Source: Tricharina praecox | Lineage: Eukaryota | DNA: 64,000 bases | Assembly: GCF_024521635.1 (NCBI RefSeq) | Contig: NW_026250403.1 | Location: 1,116,001-1,180,000 of the forward strand | Direction: 5' to 3' | Shown here: piece by piece, positions 38,040 through 49,602 of the stretch | Layout: every line of letters starts with the position of its first letter | Position numbering within the stretch: position 1 is the stretch's first letter | The notes under the pieces: model-generated | The model's input: only the letters and a program-made list of their open reading frames with translations | Databases searched by the model: none | What the model was told of the DNA's origin: nothing | Translations under genes and position numbers: made by a program

Positions 38040-41000
38040 TTAAGCGCAGGTGAGATCCACCACCGGAACGGCCTCCAAAACTGTACACCCCTCTGTGACC
38101 TTATCACTCTCACCAGCCACCTCCCATCCAGCCTCAATCCACTCCTTGATGACAACTCTGACAGTCTCGGGTCCCTCCTTCACCGCCCAGGGCTCCTGCC
38201 TAACCACATTGCCAGCATGTGCCATAATGACGGACGGGCTCACCGATTCCTCAACAGGCTCTGACGACCCATCACTTCCACCCTCCCTACTCGGTGGCTT
38301 CTTCGATCCGCGACGACGGACCACGACGTGCGGGCTGTTCTGCACAACTTCAGGGGCCAACGGGTCACTAACAACTCTGATAGGAGTCGCAGCAGCAACC
38401 GGCTTGGTGGTTGCCTTGTTCGCAGAAGTATCGACAAAATACGGCTTGCTAGTAACTTTGATTGGAGTTGCCGGTGCGGATCCGCAAGGGCCTGGGGAGG
38501 GTGATATAACAATGGTCTCGAAATTGCGGAGGAGGGCGGCGACAGAGCCCGAGGCCACTTTACCGATGCCGGGAGACGGTCGCCGTTTTGGTGGCGGCGT
38601 CTTCGTTCGAGTCTTCGGCCTCGGCTCGAGGGATGCCGTGGCGATACGTACGCCTTCCATCCATTTCGACAAACCCTCCGTTGCTGGGATTTGGTCGATC
38701 TCTTCGAGTGGCAGATGCGTCGACGTTGTGGATGGACGAATAGGGGAAGGCGATGTCAAATCAATGACCTCCATCGCCTTTATTACGCGTTCGATAGGGG
38801 TCTGGGGTGGGAAGCGATTCACCGGGCGCCCACGTATCGGGGAGGCGTCGCGGGCCACTTCTGGCTCTTTGGTGGCGACCACGGAAGTTTCCACAATAGG
38901 AGACTCCGCCGCAAAAGTCTCCGCTGGTTCCTCTGCCACCAAGGGGGCGAATTGAGGTTCTTGCGTCAACGGGGACGTAGGAGTTTGTCGAGCTGACTTG
39001 CTAGTACTTGCTCCAATTCTCCGGGTATCGATCGCCACAGCCTTTCGGGGATCACTTGTAGTCGATGCAGAGAGTTTGGACTGCGATGACGCGATCATCG
39101 ACTTGGGTCGAACGGGTCGAACAGGCGCTTTGCTCTGCGATAATCCCGCAGCAGAAGTAGTGCGTGGTGCTCTGGTTGGGGAAGCGACCGAAGACGCGCG
39201 TGAAGCCGGAACCTTGGTGGGCGAAGCAGTGAGGCGTAGAGGCTCACTACGTTTGGTCTGCGTGGTTTGAGTGCGTGGAGGCGCCGACGCCTTTTTCGTT
39301 GGTGATGGAGGAATAGGAGCCTTCTTCACTGGTGATGAGGGGATCGGGGCCTTCTTCGTTGGTGAGGGAGGAATCGGGGCTTTCTTGATTGGCGAAGTGG
39401 AAGTCTTGTTGACGGCCGGAGGGGCTGCTCGGCTACCTGCCCTGCTAGTGACCGTACTGATGACGGGACGAGATGGTCCTTTTGATGTCGGCGACGAATT
39501 TCCACTATTCTTTGTCTGCTTGAGATGGCGGGTAATAGGAGGCTGTACCAGGCCATCTTTGGCCGTCGCTGTAGTGGGCGTCTTGGTCGCGACTCTGGTT
39601 GTTATGGTCCTGGTAGCGGTGGTGGTATTGATCGCTGGCGGCTTCTTAGCCTTTGGGGCTGGCTTTGATGCTTGGGTGCTATTGTACTCGTCGAGCCTGT
39701 CCTGCATGCCTCGCGACAAGAAGGATTCCAGTATCCAGATTCTCTCCGCGACGAGAGGATTCCAGTTCTTCCCGCCCTCGCCATCGTTCATCAATGCCGA
39801 ATCGTCGTCATCGAGTACGCCAGCTTGCTCGCGTCGTTCTTCCTGGTCGTCCTCTTCCTCGAGTTCTTTGTTGATCGGGATGACTGCGACCGGTGTATAT
39901 GAGATTCGCATCTCCACAAGCCCGTCGGTCGAAGAATGATTGCGCCTCCCGTGCATGGCTTCAATCAACTTGCACATCTCCGTATTCCGGTCCCATACGT
40001 GCTGCGCCAATACAACCGGCGCCAGAGTTCTCACGAACTTGTTTGCACCGCCAGGACCTCTCCACTCGAAGGTATCTCTGGTATACTCCCTCAGCGCAAC
40101 CACATCCACCTGCTCATCCCACACGATGGCCTCCCTCAGCCTCTCCACCGTCTCGGCGTCAGACACCATAGGCTCGGCATACCACCCCAATATCTCCTTA
40201 TTCGGAAACCCGGCGGGGACGTTGGCCTTCCCATTCCTGCGTTTAAACCACCCACTCTCATTGCTGGCCATCTCATGCTGCAATCGTTCTCTCCACTCCT
40301 TGAGCCCCTTATCATCGGCTCTCACCTCATACAAATCTTTACCAAACCCTGCTCTGGCCGCCTCGACAGCCGTCTTGATGCCACACCCTGGCACGCCCTC
40401 GGGAAGATAATCGCCGCCGCGCATGAGAGCAACCAGCACCAGGCCTTCCCGGGTTAGCTTCGACCTAGCCTCGATCGCGTCGGCGTGGTGCACCGTCACA
40501 TGCGTGGCCGCGGTGGACTTCCCTTCGCCGGACCACTTGCGCAGGATCGTTTTCGCGCCGAACATCAGCGTGTCAACGTCCTCGCTGAGAACGGCGTCGA
40601 CGATGCCTTCGCGATTGAGGAGCGCGCATTCGGCTTCGGCTTCGCCTGGCGCGGTGTGGAAGGGCACCCCGAAGAGTTTGAGGAGCTTCTTGGAGAGGCG
40701 GATTAACGACGGCGTGAGCTTCGTGTTCGTCTTTTGCCCCCGTTTGAATGCGGGGCGGTGTGGGCCGTCGAATACAAAGAGCGGCGTGATATTGTGCGAG
40801 AGGAGACGGAGAATGCGATAATACACGGTGCGAAGCGCGGGGTTCGAGCCACCTAGAAAGGAGGGAGGAGTCAGATCTCAATCGCTGTCCAAATACCCGC
40901 AATAAGTATATACCTTTGCCCGACTGCACCTGGAAAGACCAGATGGAAGCATCCACAGCTATGCGAAGGCGCCGTCCGATGCGTGTATGGTGATCGGCTG

Positions 41001-41125
41001 CATATTTGGCCAGAGAAACGCGTTCGCCAGGGCCGAGTTCAGCGAAGAGTCTGTCGCGATGAGATCAGTTTCTTACGCATCCGGATAGAGAGGAAAGAAT
41101 TATGCGCATACCCTGGAATACCCAT
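38040..41125 (-). CDS. YEN1: XPG/Rad2-family Holliday junction resolvase Yen1/GEN1
   Basis: Exons MGIPG / LFAELGPGERVSL..LRIAVDASIWSFQVQSGKG / GSNPALRTVYYR. XPG motifs FVFDGP, APGEAEAECA, SEDVDTLMFGA and GGDYLPEGVPGCG. Long Ser/Pro/Thr-rich tail. Confidence 0.9.
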
Positions 41126-42232
41126 ATCCGGTGATTTTCTTGAAGAGCGAGTTCGATCTCGTGCGAAATATTTCTCCTGTAAGGTACCGATATGGCGTAC
41201 GAGAAGAGCAGTGGACGTTGCTGCAGGAAATGGGCCACGTTTTACGGGGGCAGGACACGCTTTGTTTATAGACAATGGCCGGAATGTTCCGTTTCAGGCT
41301 GGGCGACGACGGTTGCTATGCCGAGGGCTTGTGCTTGGGCCTCCAAACGGATTCGATGCTTCTGCGAGAATTTGTTGGGCGGTAAACTGAGATCGTGAAC
41401 GGATGCGACGAGTCGACGACAGACTTTCGGATGATGGCAGGAAATACCGAGAAAAGACACCTGCGCTGTGCGATGAGGGAGCTTTATGATACCCAGCACC
41501 TCTGTAGTATTATTATTCTCGCTAGCTCTAATTCTAACACCAAGCTCCAGCTCCTCACCGCGTCAGGAGGTCATAGTGGACATTGCACCCACTCGAGAGA
41601 CATGCGTTCAAATGCATTCGGCACGCGGGATATAGTTGCACTGCACATCTACCGGAATCATTTTGACGTGATGCTGGAGTGTGTAATTTGCTTCCGCAAG
41701 CCTCCCGAGATTCCATCGACAGATAGGAATGTAGTACGGAATGCAGCGCAAATTGTGGTTGAAACTCGGCGTGTAAGTTCGACGGTTTGGGGCATATCCA
41801 CAAGGGCGTCCCTCCATCCAATTTCCGGGCTGGTGGTGTGGTCATGGTGTGGTCATGGTGTGGAGGAGATCCGGAGACCTGGCTGTTTCTTATACGGCGG
41901 CTCATTTCGCTTGGGGCATTGTGGACGCGCGCCTGTTGATTATGACTCCAATTTTCATAGGTATTCTTTCCGTTTCCATTCTTCTCTGCATTCTTCCACA
42001 GCTAGATCAGGAAGCTGGGAAAATAATTGAGGAATTCTGTGAAGGGATTGGGGGACTTTTAATTGGGTTCGCGATGTCACGTGCAGTTAACTATGGCACA
42101 GCAGCCGTCCCGACTGCTGCGGCGAGCCTGACCCGTACCTCTCACAACTCGACATCTCCACCTTGCCACAGCTTCAAGTCCACCCAACGCAACCTAACTC
42201 AACCCCGCACCCGCCCCACCACCATCGCAACC

Positions 42233-43237
42233 ATGGCCGAGAAAGATAAATTCAAGTTCAGACTCGAAATCCAGCAAATGATGTTCGTCTCCGGGGAGAC
42301 GGGCGAGCCGTCGCCGGAGACGACGGGGATAATCGAGGAGATGGTTCGGGGACAAGTCGTAGAGATGGTGTGCACCACCTCCCCGCTACCACCTTTCGCA
42401 ACATTTCTGACCGTGAAATAGCTCCTGCAGTGTACCCAACTCGCCGCGCGCCGCGGTTCCCGCTCGATTTCCACCGACGACCTGATCTTCCTTATCCGCC
42501 ATGACAAAGCCAAAGTCTCGCGCCTACGCACATATCTCTCGTGGAAAGACGTTCGGAAGACCGCGCGCGAGCAGGATCCTGTGGGGGGTGGCGCGGGCGC
42601 CGAGCCCGGCGACCTGATGGAGGAGGCAGCAGCGGGCGTAGGGAGCTCCGGCCCTACGGCGCAGGTCATCAAGCAGAAGAAGACGAAAGTCGGCCTGCCG
42701 TGGGAAGTGAACTCTTTCTTCTCCGAGACGGTTCCGGAGCGCGAGGACGATGAGGATGAGGACGAGCTCGAGGCGAACCAGGCGACTCTCCAGAGACTGA
42801 AGAATGCGGATGAACGCACCCGCGGGATGACCCGTGATGAGTATGTTCACTGGTCTGAGTGCAGACAGGCATCTTTCACGTTCCGGAAGGGAAAAAGATT
42901 CCGTGAATGGGCGGGTTTTGGTACCGTCACTGAGGCGAAGCCGCATGATGATATTGTCGACATTCTAGGGTTCCTGACGTTCGAAATCGTACAGACGTTG
43001 ACGGAGGAGGCGCTCAAGGTCAAGGAACAGGAGGATGCCGTCGCAAAGCAGAGTATGCGTACCAATAAGAAGAGGAAGAGGGAGGAGTTTTTGTTTCACG
43101 CGCAGGAAGGGAGGACTCCGGTTGAGGCCCGCCACGTGACCGAGGCGTTCAGGCGGCTGCAGACGCCAAAGCCGAAGATGAGAGCCATGAGGAACTTCTC
43201 CGGAGGTGCTGTGAAGAGCAGATTGACTCTGGTGTAG
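42233..43237 (+). CDS. SPT3: SAGA complex subunit Spt3
   Basis: [14 protein letters not shown]; intron 42368..42421; [56 protein letters not shown]. Confidence 0.96.
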
Positions 43238-43876
43238 TTTCGAATCCCTGGTTACTTGGTTTTATTATCGGCTTGGAGTTAATGGAGTTATTGGGCATCT
43301 GTGTAGCGATTTTTTTGGAGAGAGAGGGGAGGACGGGAAAACTGTTTTGATCGGCTCCGTCCATCTCAGCGTGTCCTATATGAATAGCAAAGCGCGGCAT
43401 GGTCAATAGGTTACCTACATTGCCTCCAGCTTGCATGTTCGATCCAAACAAGTGGAGCGCAGGAGCGTTACGCGCCTATGATTCACTGTTGTCTCGATCC
43501 CTCATCCAACCATCGTTGCTCCACCAGTCCCAATCCCTCAAAACCAGTCCGCTACCGGTAGTCAATTTCCTGTCACCAATACCGTCCGATAGAAACAATG
43601 AGAGCCTGTTCGGTACCGTACCGTATCTGGTAGCTACCACACAAATTTGAGCTTACGTCGGTTCACAAGTACACTGAGCGTTCGGTACAACGTATTTTAG
43701 AAAATACGATCGTTAAAACTCAGCCACATCGTATTTCTTGCGTATTTCTCTGAGCCTCCACCAAAAAATAGATTATGCTGGCATTCGTCACCAGATCCCC
43801 CTGAAGCCGTACAACAACATCCACAATGTCCGCCGGTCCCAGTCTCCTCACCCCGGAAAATATCAATCACGACTAC

Positions 43877-44040
43877 CTCCAACTAACGCGGTATATGTCA
43901 GTGAAAGAGCAGCTTGAAATATTTCTCAAAATTGGCAGCGATAACGCGTCCAACATCCGGCACAAGAACATTTTAATGAAGCGGCGACACGATCAGCCGT
44001 ACCTTTAACAACGTTCTCGACGCGATGGTAGAGCTTTGCA
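43877..44040 (+). mobile_element. Degraded PIF/Harbinger transposase fragment
   Basis: Frameshifted translation LQLTRYMSVKEQLEIFLKIGSDNASN / QEHFN / GDTISRTFNNVLDAMVEL resembles the Harbinger transposase N-terminal HTH region (SVEEQLAIFL...ERFQHSGETISRxF). A possible TIR, GAGCCTGTTCGG, lies at about 43602. Confidence 0.55.
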
Positions 44041-44645
44041 CTGTAATTGAGTAGGCGACACAGTGTGGACTGGGCACTGCTGCGAGCTGTAGGATAGTTA
44101 TATACAAGCTGCTCACTGCCTGCCATCTTCCCCCATTGTCTATCTCTCATTTCCGACCCCCTATCTCCTCCTATTGCTATCCCTTAATGTTTGTCACCTG
44201 TACGGTATCTCTGTCTCTGCCTTAACATTTTCACCCACCAGGACGCGATGCAGTAGAGAGGACAGACTTGGGAACGGGAGAAGGATTAAGTCATAGCGCT
44301 ATAAACGGTAGTTACTTCTACTTGAAGGACACCAAAATTAATAGTTCGAAGGTCTTGACGGTAATATTGAATATCCACCTCCTTCGTGGGCTCCAATGTT
44401 CTCCAGAGGAGATGCAATCCCCCCAAAATAAAAACCGGATAATGTGACAAAAGGCGGCATTTGATGCTAAGTTCTAGATGGTCCGATTTTGTTGGCACAC
44501 ATTATGGATGCTCTCCGAGAGTAAAGTTGATTACTCTTGAATAGATTGGCTGCCGGTCACTGCCAAGCCCTCGTCACGTGGCTGATCGAGGTTGAGGTCC
44601 AAGCTGAACTGCAGTCCGGGACTCAGCAACAATCACAATTCTCCC

Positions 44646-45445
44646 ATGGCAGACAAGAAAACGAATTCCGCTCCTGGTGGCGACACAGTACGCATCTCTC
44701 TCTCTCTCTCCTCAAAGTCTCCTAATCTTGCCGCTGACACTTCTCACAGGGATTCCGTCGCACATGGGACCGCGACGAATGGGCGTCGAAAGCCAAAGAG
44801 CGTGAAACCAAAGAACGCGCCGAAGGCAAACTGCGCGCTGAAGCCAAAGCCCAAGGCAAGAAGTATTATGCGCCAGCCGCCGACGATGCGGAGATGATCA
44901 GCGCGCGCCGCGGTCGCATCAACTTCGAGGAGAATCTCAATAAAGTACAGCTTGTGCCTGGCGGTGCGGCGGTGGGGAAGAAGGGACGCAGCGCGGGTTT
45001 TTACTGTGAAGTCTGCGACCTTACCTATAAGGACTCGTTGCAATGGGTGGACCATTTGAACTCCAAGCAGCATTTGGTCGCTACGGGAAAGACGGGGGAG
45101 GTTGAGAGGGCGACGCTGGAGGATGTGCTCAAGAGACTTGAGTGGCTGAAGAAGCAGAGGGAACAGAGGGAGAAGGTGGAAGACCTGGATATCAGGAAAA
45201 GGATGGAGGAGAGGGCTATGATTGAGGAGGAGGAGAGGCTGGCGAAGAGGGAGAAGCGGAAGGAGGCAAAGAAACGGAGGAGAGCGGTCGAGATCAAGCT
45301 GGAAGAGGGAGCTGCTGCGCGGGCGAAGGCTGGTGAGGCTGCTGCCGCTGTCTCCGAGGAGGCCGAGATGGATGACGATGCCGCGATAATGGCCAGAATG
45401 ATGGGCTTCAGCGGCGGATTCGGGACGACCAAGAAGAAGAACTAA
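44646..45445 (+). CDS. SNU23: U4/U6.U5 tri-snRNP zinc-finger protein Snu23/ZMAT2
   Basis: Intron 44688..44749. FRRTWDRDE, GFYCEVCDLTYKDSLQWVDHLNSKQH, VERATLEDV, MMGFSGGFGTTKK. Confidence 0.93.
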
Positions 45446-45932
45446 TTTTGCCCGCCGTTCATCGGGTCCTATGGAGTTATGCAGGCGTTTCTGTTGTTTT
45501 CTTCTTCGAGCATGTATAATAGAGGCACGCACCAAGCCACTCAGCATCAGCGCCGTCGTCGTCGTCATCGCCGCATGTCCCCCACCCCCGCCTCCATCGC
45601 TCCATGGTGAATTCTTCACAGTTCTTCACGAACCAAAGAAAAACGTGCGCAGTCTTAGCTACCTCATCCCACATCTCACTCTAGTCCCCATCTGTCGAGC
45701 CAAAATAATATTGTGGTGATCATCCCTGCCACGTCCCAACCAAAGTGCTTGCTGTAACTCTAGTGTCACCAAGTACCGAACAACAACGAACTTGCTCCTC
45801 GTCCGCTCCTCTCCTCCGTGCCATCCAACATCTACATGCTCCCAATACCGCTATAGATTCGGGCGAACTGGCCCTTCATCCGTCAACGACCTGGTCAGGA
45901 AGATCCAAGTTCTTCCATGACTTTAGCTTTTG

Positions 45933-46660
45933 ATGCGGCCTCTGTGAGTAAACCCGAGAAGCCAAGTTCCGCCTCCTCTGCCTGCTTCTGCCTGCCCTTT
46001 CACCCCCGAAACCCCAATACGCCCCCAACCCAACAAAAAACTGCCACTAATCAACCGTCCGACGTCGGGACGAAACGAACAGGTTGTTTGCGATCATAGT
46101 CTTCATTGCCGGTTATATCACAGCTCGCTACGCTGTCATCACGCAGGCGGTAGAACTTGCAAAGTTTGCTTGGGAACACGGAGTTGTGGTTCGTGGATCC
46201 CTTCGCGCGCCCTCATGAGCGTGCCCCCTGGAATAAGAAGACAGGTCGTCGGTCTCATCGGTCTTGTCGCGCACACTCCGCCGCCGCCTTCTCCGCGGGC
46301 AATGACACCTCCGAAACGACGCCGAAACGTTTCAAGATTTCACCAGAGACATCGGCTGACTGGGTGCGGAAAATAAATAGGGCCGGGCAACGAAAGGCTT
46401 CTTGATCTTATCGATATTCTTCTTCCTGTTCTGTATACCTATCGAACGAATCGTCGCCCGCGAGGCAGCCAACGAGGTTCGTTCCGTCCGTCTGCCAGCG
46501 CCTCGTCATCACCCCTTCATCCTACTCCTCCTGCTTCTACACCAGTCCGCTCGATCAGCGCAGACGGCGAAAGCTAACCTATCGGCGCTACTACCCACAG
46601 AACTCTCGAGGCGGCAACATCTCAGCCCGCGAACAGCTACGGAGAAGGGGCAGTTTCTAG
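45933..46660 (+). CDS. Small (90-aa) two-TM membrane protein of unknown function; four exons; not in the ORF track
   Basis: Exons 45933..45943, 46083..46188, 46381..46476 and 46601..46660 total 273 nt. The three introns have GTGAGT/GTTCGT donors, ACTAAT/GCTGAC/GCTAAC branch sites and CAG/TAG acceptors, all in consistent phase. Product: MRPLLFAIIVFIAGYITARYAVITQAVELAKFAWEHGVVGRATKGFLILSIFFFLFCIPIERIVAREAANENSRGGNISAREQLRRRGSF. Confidence 0.8.
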
Positions 46661-46688
46661 TGCGCATACACAAGAGGAGGGATATTCA

Positions 46689-49007
46689 ATGGGGGGGTCC
46701 AAAAATGACGTGTTGATGCGAATATTCTGGCCGCTGGACTTCCCGCGCAACGATCAAGCGGGAATACTAGTTGGCTGGCGGAATTCGGAGACGGATATCT
46801 TTGTGGTTGCGATTCTTAACGGGGTTAATGTGCGATGAAATTCTTCTTTGATTTTTATGGGGGTTTCTTACTTTTCTTTTCTTTTTGGAAGCGTCATCGT
46901 TCTTTGTGTAGTATATGGGAAAGTGCAATTGGCTGACTGAAGACGCTCCGATTTGTGTTGGTGTTGGGTTTACAGAGCACAAGAATAGACAACGAATTAC
47001 GAACGCAATCTCTGTTCCGGAAATCGCGACACTCGGTGGAACGCATCTTTGATGTCTGTGGGCAGTCGGCGCTGCATGTGCTGGGCGAGGTCAATGGCAA
47101 TACTACTCCCGATACCGTGTTCCGTCGGGACCATATCTATGCCTTCACGCACAAGTCGAGTCGCTACCCGCAGATCTTTTGTCCGCCGTCCAGTGGGGTG
47201 ACGTTACAAGTCATTCTGTTCGAAGAGCCAAATCCTTACAAGATGGAATATCACTCGTTGACGCCCATCTCGCTGGCATTGGAAGACAAGGCGGGAAGCA
47301 AGCCGAGCGATGGTGACGACATGGAGGAAATCACGGAGAGCAAGAAGCAAGTTGAGCTCGTGGAGAAGCTGAAGCTACACACTGTTACGAAGCACGCTCC
47401 GACGGAGAAGGAGCGCGGTCTGCCGACTATCATCCATCAGATCAATTGCGCGCACGAAACCAAGGAGCTGCTCAGGATCAATGTGGAACTCTTGAATTCC
47501 CGAAGGCTGCGGAGGGCGCTCTCGGTCAGTGAGCGTGTGGTTGAGTCGGCCACCTCGGCGTGGAGAACTACGCTTCACATGTGTGTGGAGACAGCGAAGT
47601 TCTTATGGCCATTCGTCAAGAATACCCTTGTCGCAATCATCCTGTTCTGGCGCTCGTTGGCGAATTTGATTTTGAAGGTCCTAGAGTGGAGGGCGAAACC
47701 GGATTTTGCGGCGCTGAAGGATATTTCTGCTACAGGTAGATATCACTAGCTATCCGTTCAAGGCACGTGGATGCAGTAGCTAACTTGTGGTCATAGCTCA
47801 ACAGTTTGATATCCGCCTGCAGCAGTTTTGCTATTGGCCGTTACAGTATATCACCGTACGTCGGCGCAAAGATGATTGGGGTGGAGCAACGAATTCTCAT
47901 CCGGATTACATCCGGTTCTACAACAGCCTGTGGCTGGTGGCAAACGATATCATCATCGGTATCGCCTTAGGGTCGTACATCATCGAAAATGCCAATGTCG
48001 TTGCACAGAGTATTGATTACTACCTAAAAGTAAAACTCCCCAGGCCGCGCTGCGTGAGGATGGTGGACGAGTGCTAACTAGTTCTTCAGACATACACCAT
48101 CGAAGGGATGGGCCGCACAATAGAATGGCTCTTAATAGATCCGGGAGGATTGAAGCTGAACGAAGAGCTAGACAAGTTCCTCGGTGATTTCTTCAGATGG
48201 GTTCTCAACTATTGGGCCGAGATCACCGCTTCGATCAGTCCCTACCTCCCCCAAATCATCTACGCCATCGGCATCTCCTCCTTCGCCGGCGCCTCGATGC
48301 CAATTGCCCTCTTCTCCGACCTCCTCTCCATCCTAACCCTCCATATCTACAGCTTCTACATTTCCTCAGCCCGTATATACAATTGGCAACTCAGCATAAT
48401 CTACTCCCTCTTCCACCTCTTCCGCGGCAAAAAAATCAACGTCCTGCGCAAACGCATTGACTCCTGCGACTACGAGCTGGATCAACTCCTGATCGGCACC
48501 ATTCTCTTCACCCTCCTAATCTTCCTCCTCCCCACAGTCTTCGTCTACTACTGCCTCTTCGCATCCGCGCGCATGGCCATAATAATCCTTAAAGCCGGCC
48601 TCGAAACCCTCCTCGCATGTCTAAACCACTTCCCGCTCTTCGCCCTCATGCTCCGCGTCAAAGACTCCAAGCGACTGCCCGGCGGAATAAAATTTGAGCT
48701 CATGGACACTCCCGACGTGTCCAGTCGTTTCCGGCACGACCTGGGAGACACGGCTCCAACAGCTTACATCCGCTTGCGCAGCACGCCACTCCCGCTGGGC
48801 GCCATGTTTAGACAGTACTCGCAGCTCGGGAGTAGACTCCAAGGCCATTACGTCTCGGCCAGAGTCATACTCTGCTTGCTCACCGGGAAGGCCGTCCCGC
48901 CGATTCATAGGAGGAATCTATATTCTATGCAGTATAGTATGTTGCCGACTAAGAGGGCGGGGGTTATGGAGGTGTGGAATAAGTTGACGGGGGGAGGGAG
49001 AGGATGA
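46689..49007 (+). CDS. GPI1: GPI-GlcNAc transferase subunit Gpi1 (PIG-Q)
   Basis: MGGSKNDVLMRIFWP..GILVGWRNS. Introns at about 46830..46975, 47736..47796 and 48030..48089. Motifs: QQFDIRLQQFCYWP, YIRFYNSLWLVANDIIIG, PGGLKLN, LFRGKK.NVLRKRIDSCDYELDQLLIGT. Confidence 0.93.
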
Positions 49008-49602
49008 GAGGGAGGATGCGGCCTGTGGATACTATGTGCTTAATGTTCTTTCTTTTCCTTACTTTATGAACGATGACTACAGACGATGTTTGGCTCGTGG
49101 TGATTTGGACTTCATAGCAGATACTTAATGAGTTGTTCTCCATCATTGAAACGAACCAATAATGCTACCCATCTGGTCCGCCTGATCTCCAATGCCCGCA
49201 GAAAAACCACTCATTTGCCAGCACCTAATAGGTACTCAGACAACCACCCCCGAGAACGTCTGAGGGGACGGACTCGCCGTTTCGAAACGTCTGTAGATAT
49301 TATAGAATTTTTAGAAAGACCCCAGTTTTTTACGGATAGCATGCGCGGGCTACAACTCGGAATTACAGAGTTTTGGTATGCGTATGCTTCCGGAAGCGTC
49401 CTTTTCTGTTATGAAGATAGAAATCATAGCCGTGGATCGGCCTTATTTTTATTTTGGTTCCATCATTGATTGCATGCGACCTATTACTAGGTATGGCAAT
49501 ATGTCGGAGTCGATCATTTCAATGGAAGTGAAGGCCAGCTCTTGATACCACGAGTGATTTGACGTGACGTCAATGTATAACCACAGTTACAAAGTATGCT
49601 TC

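Noticed and set aside
38050-40821. Long plus-strand ORFs opposite YEN1 (and similar ones opposite SNF12, SPT3, SNU23 and the qut genes)
   Set aside because: Antisense shadows of GC-rich coding sequence.
41395-42232. 211-aa and 190-aa ORFs in the YEN1/SPT3 divergent region; a GHIHKG motif in another frame
   Set aside because: No coherent domain; a single short metallophosphoesterase-like motif is insufficient. The real SPT3 start is at 42233.
45933-46660. Naming the microprotein ERI1/PIG-Y or DPM2
   Set aside because: Size and topology fit, but I cannot see the family signatures; left unnamed pending a profile search.
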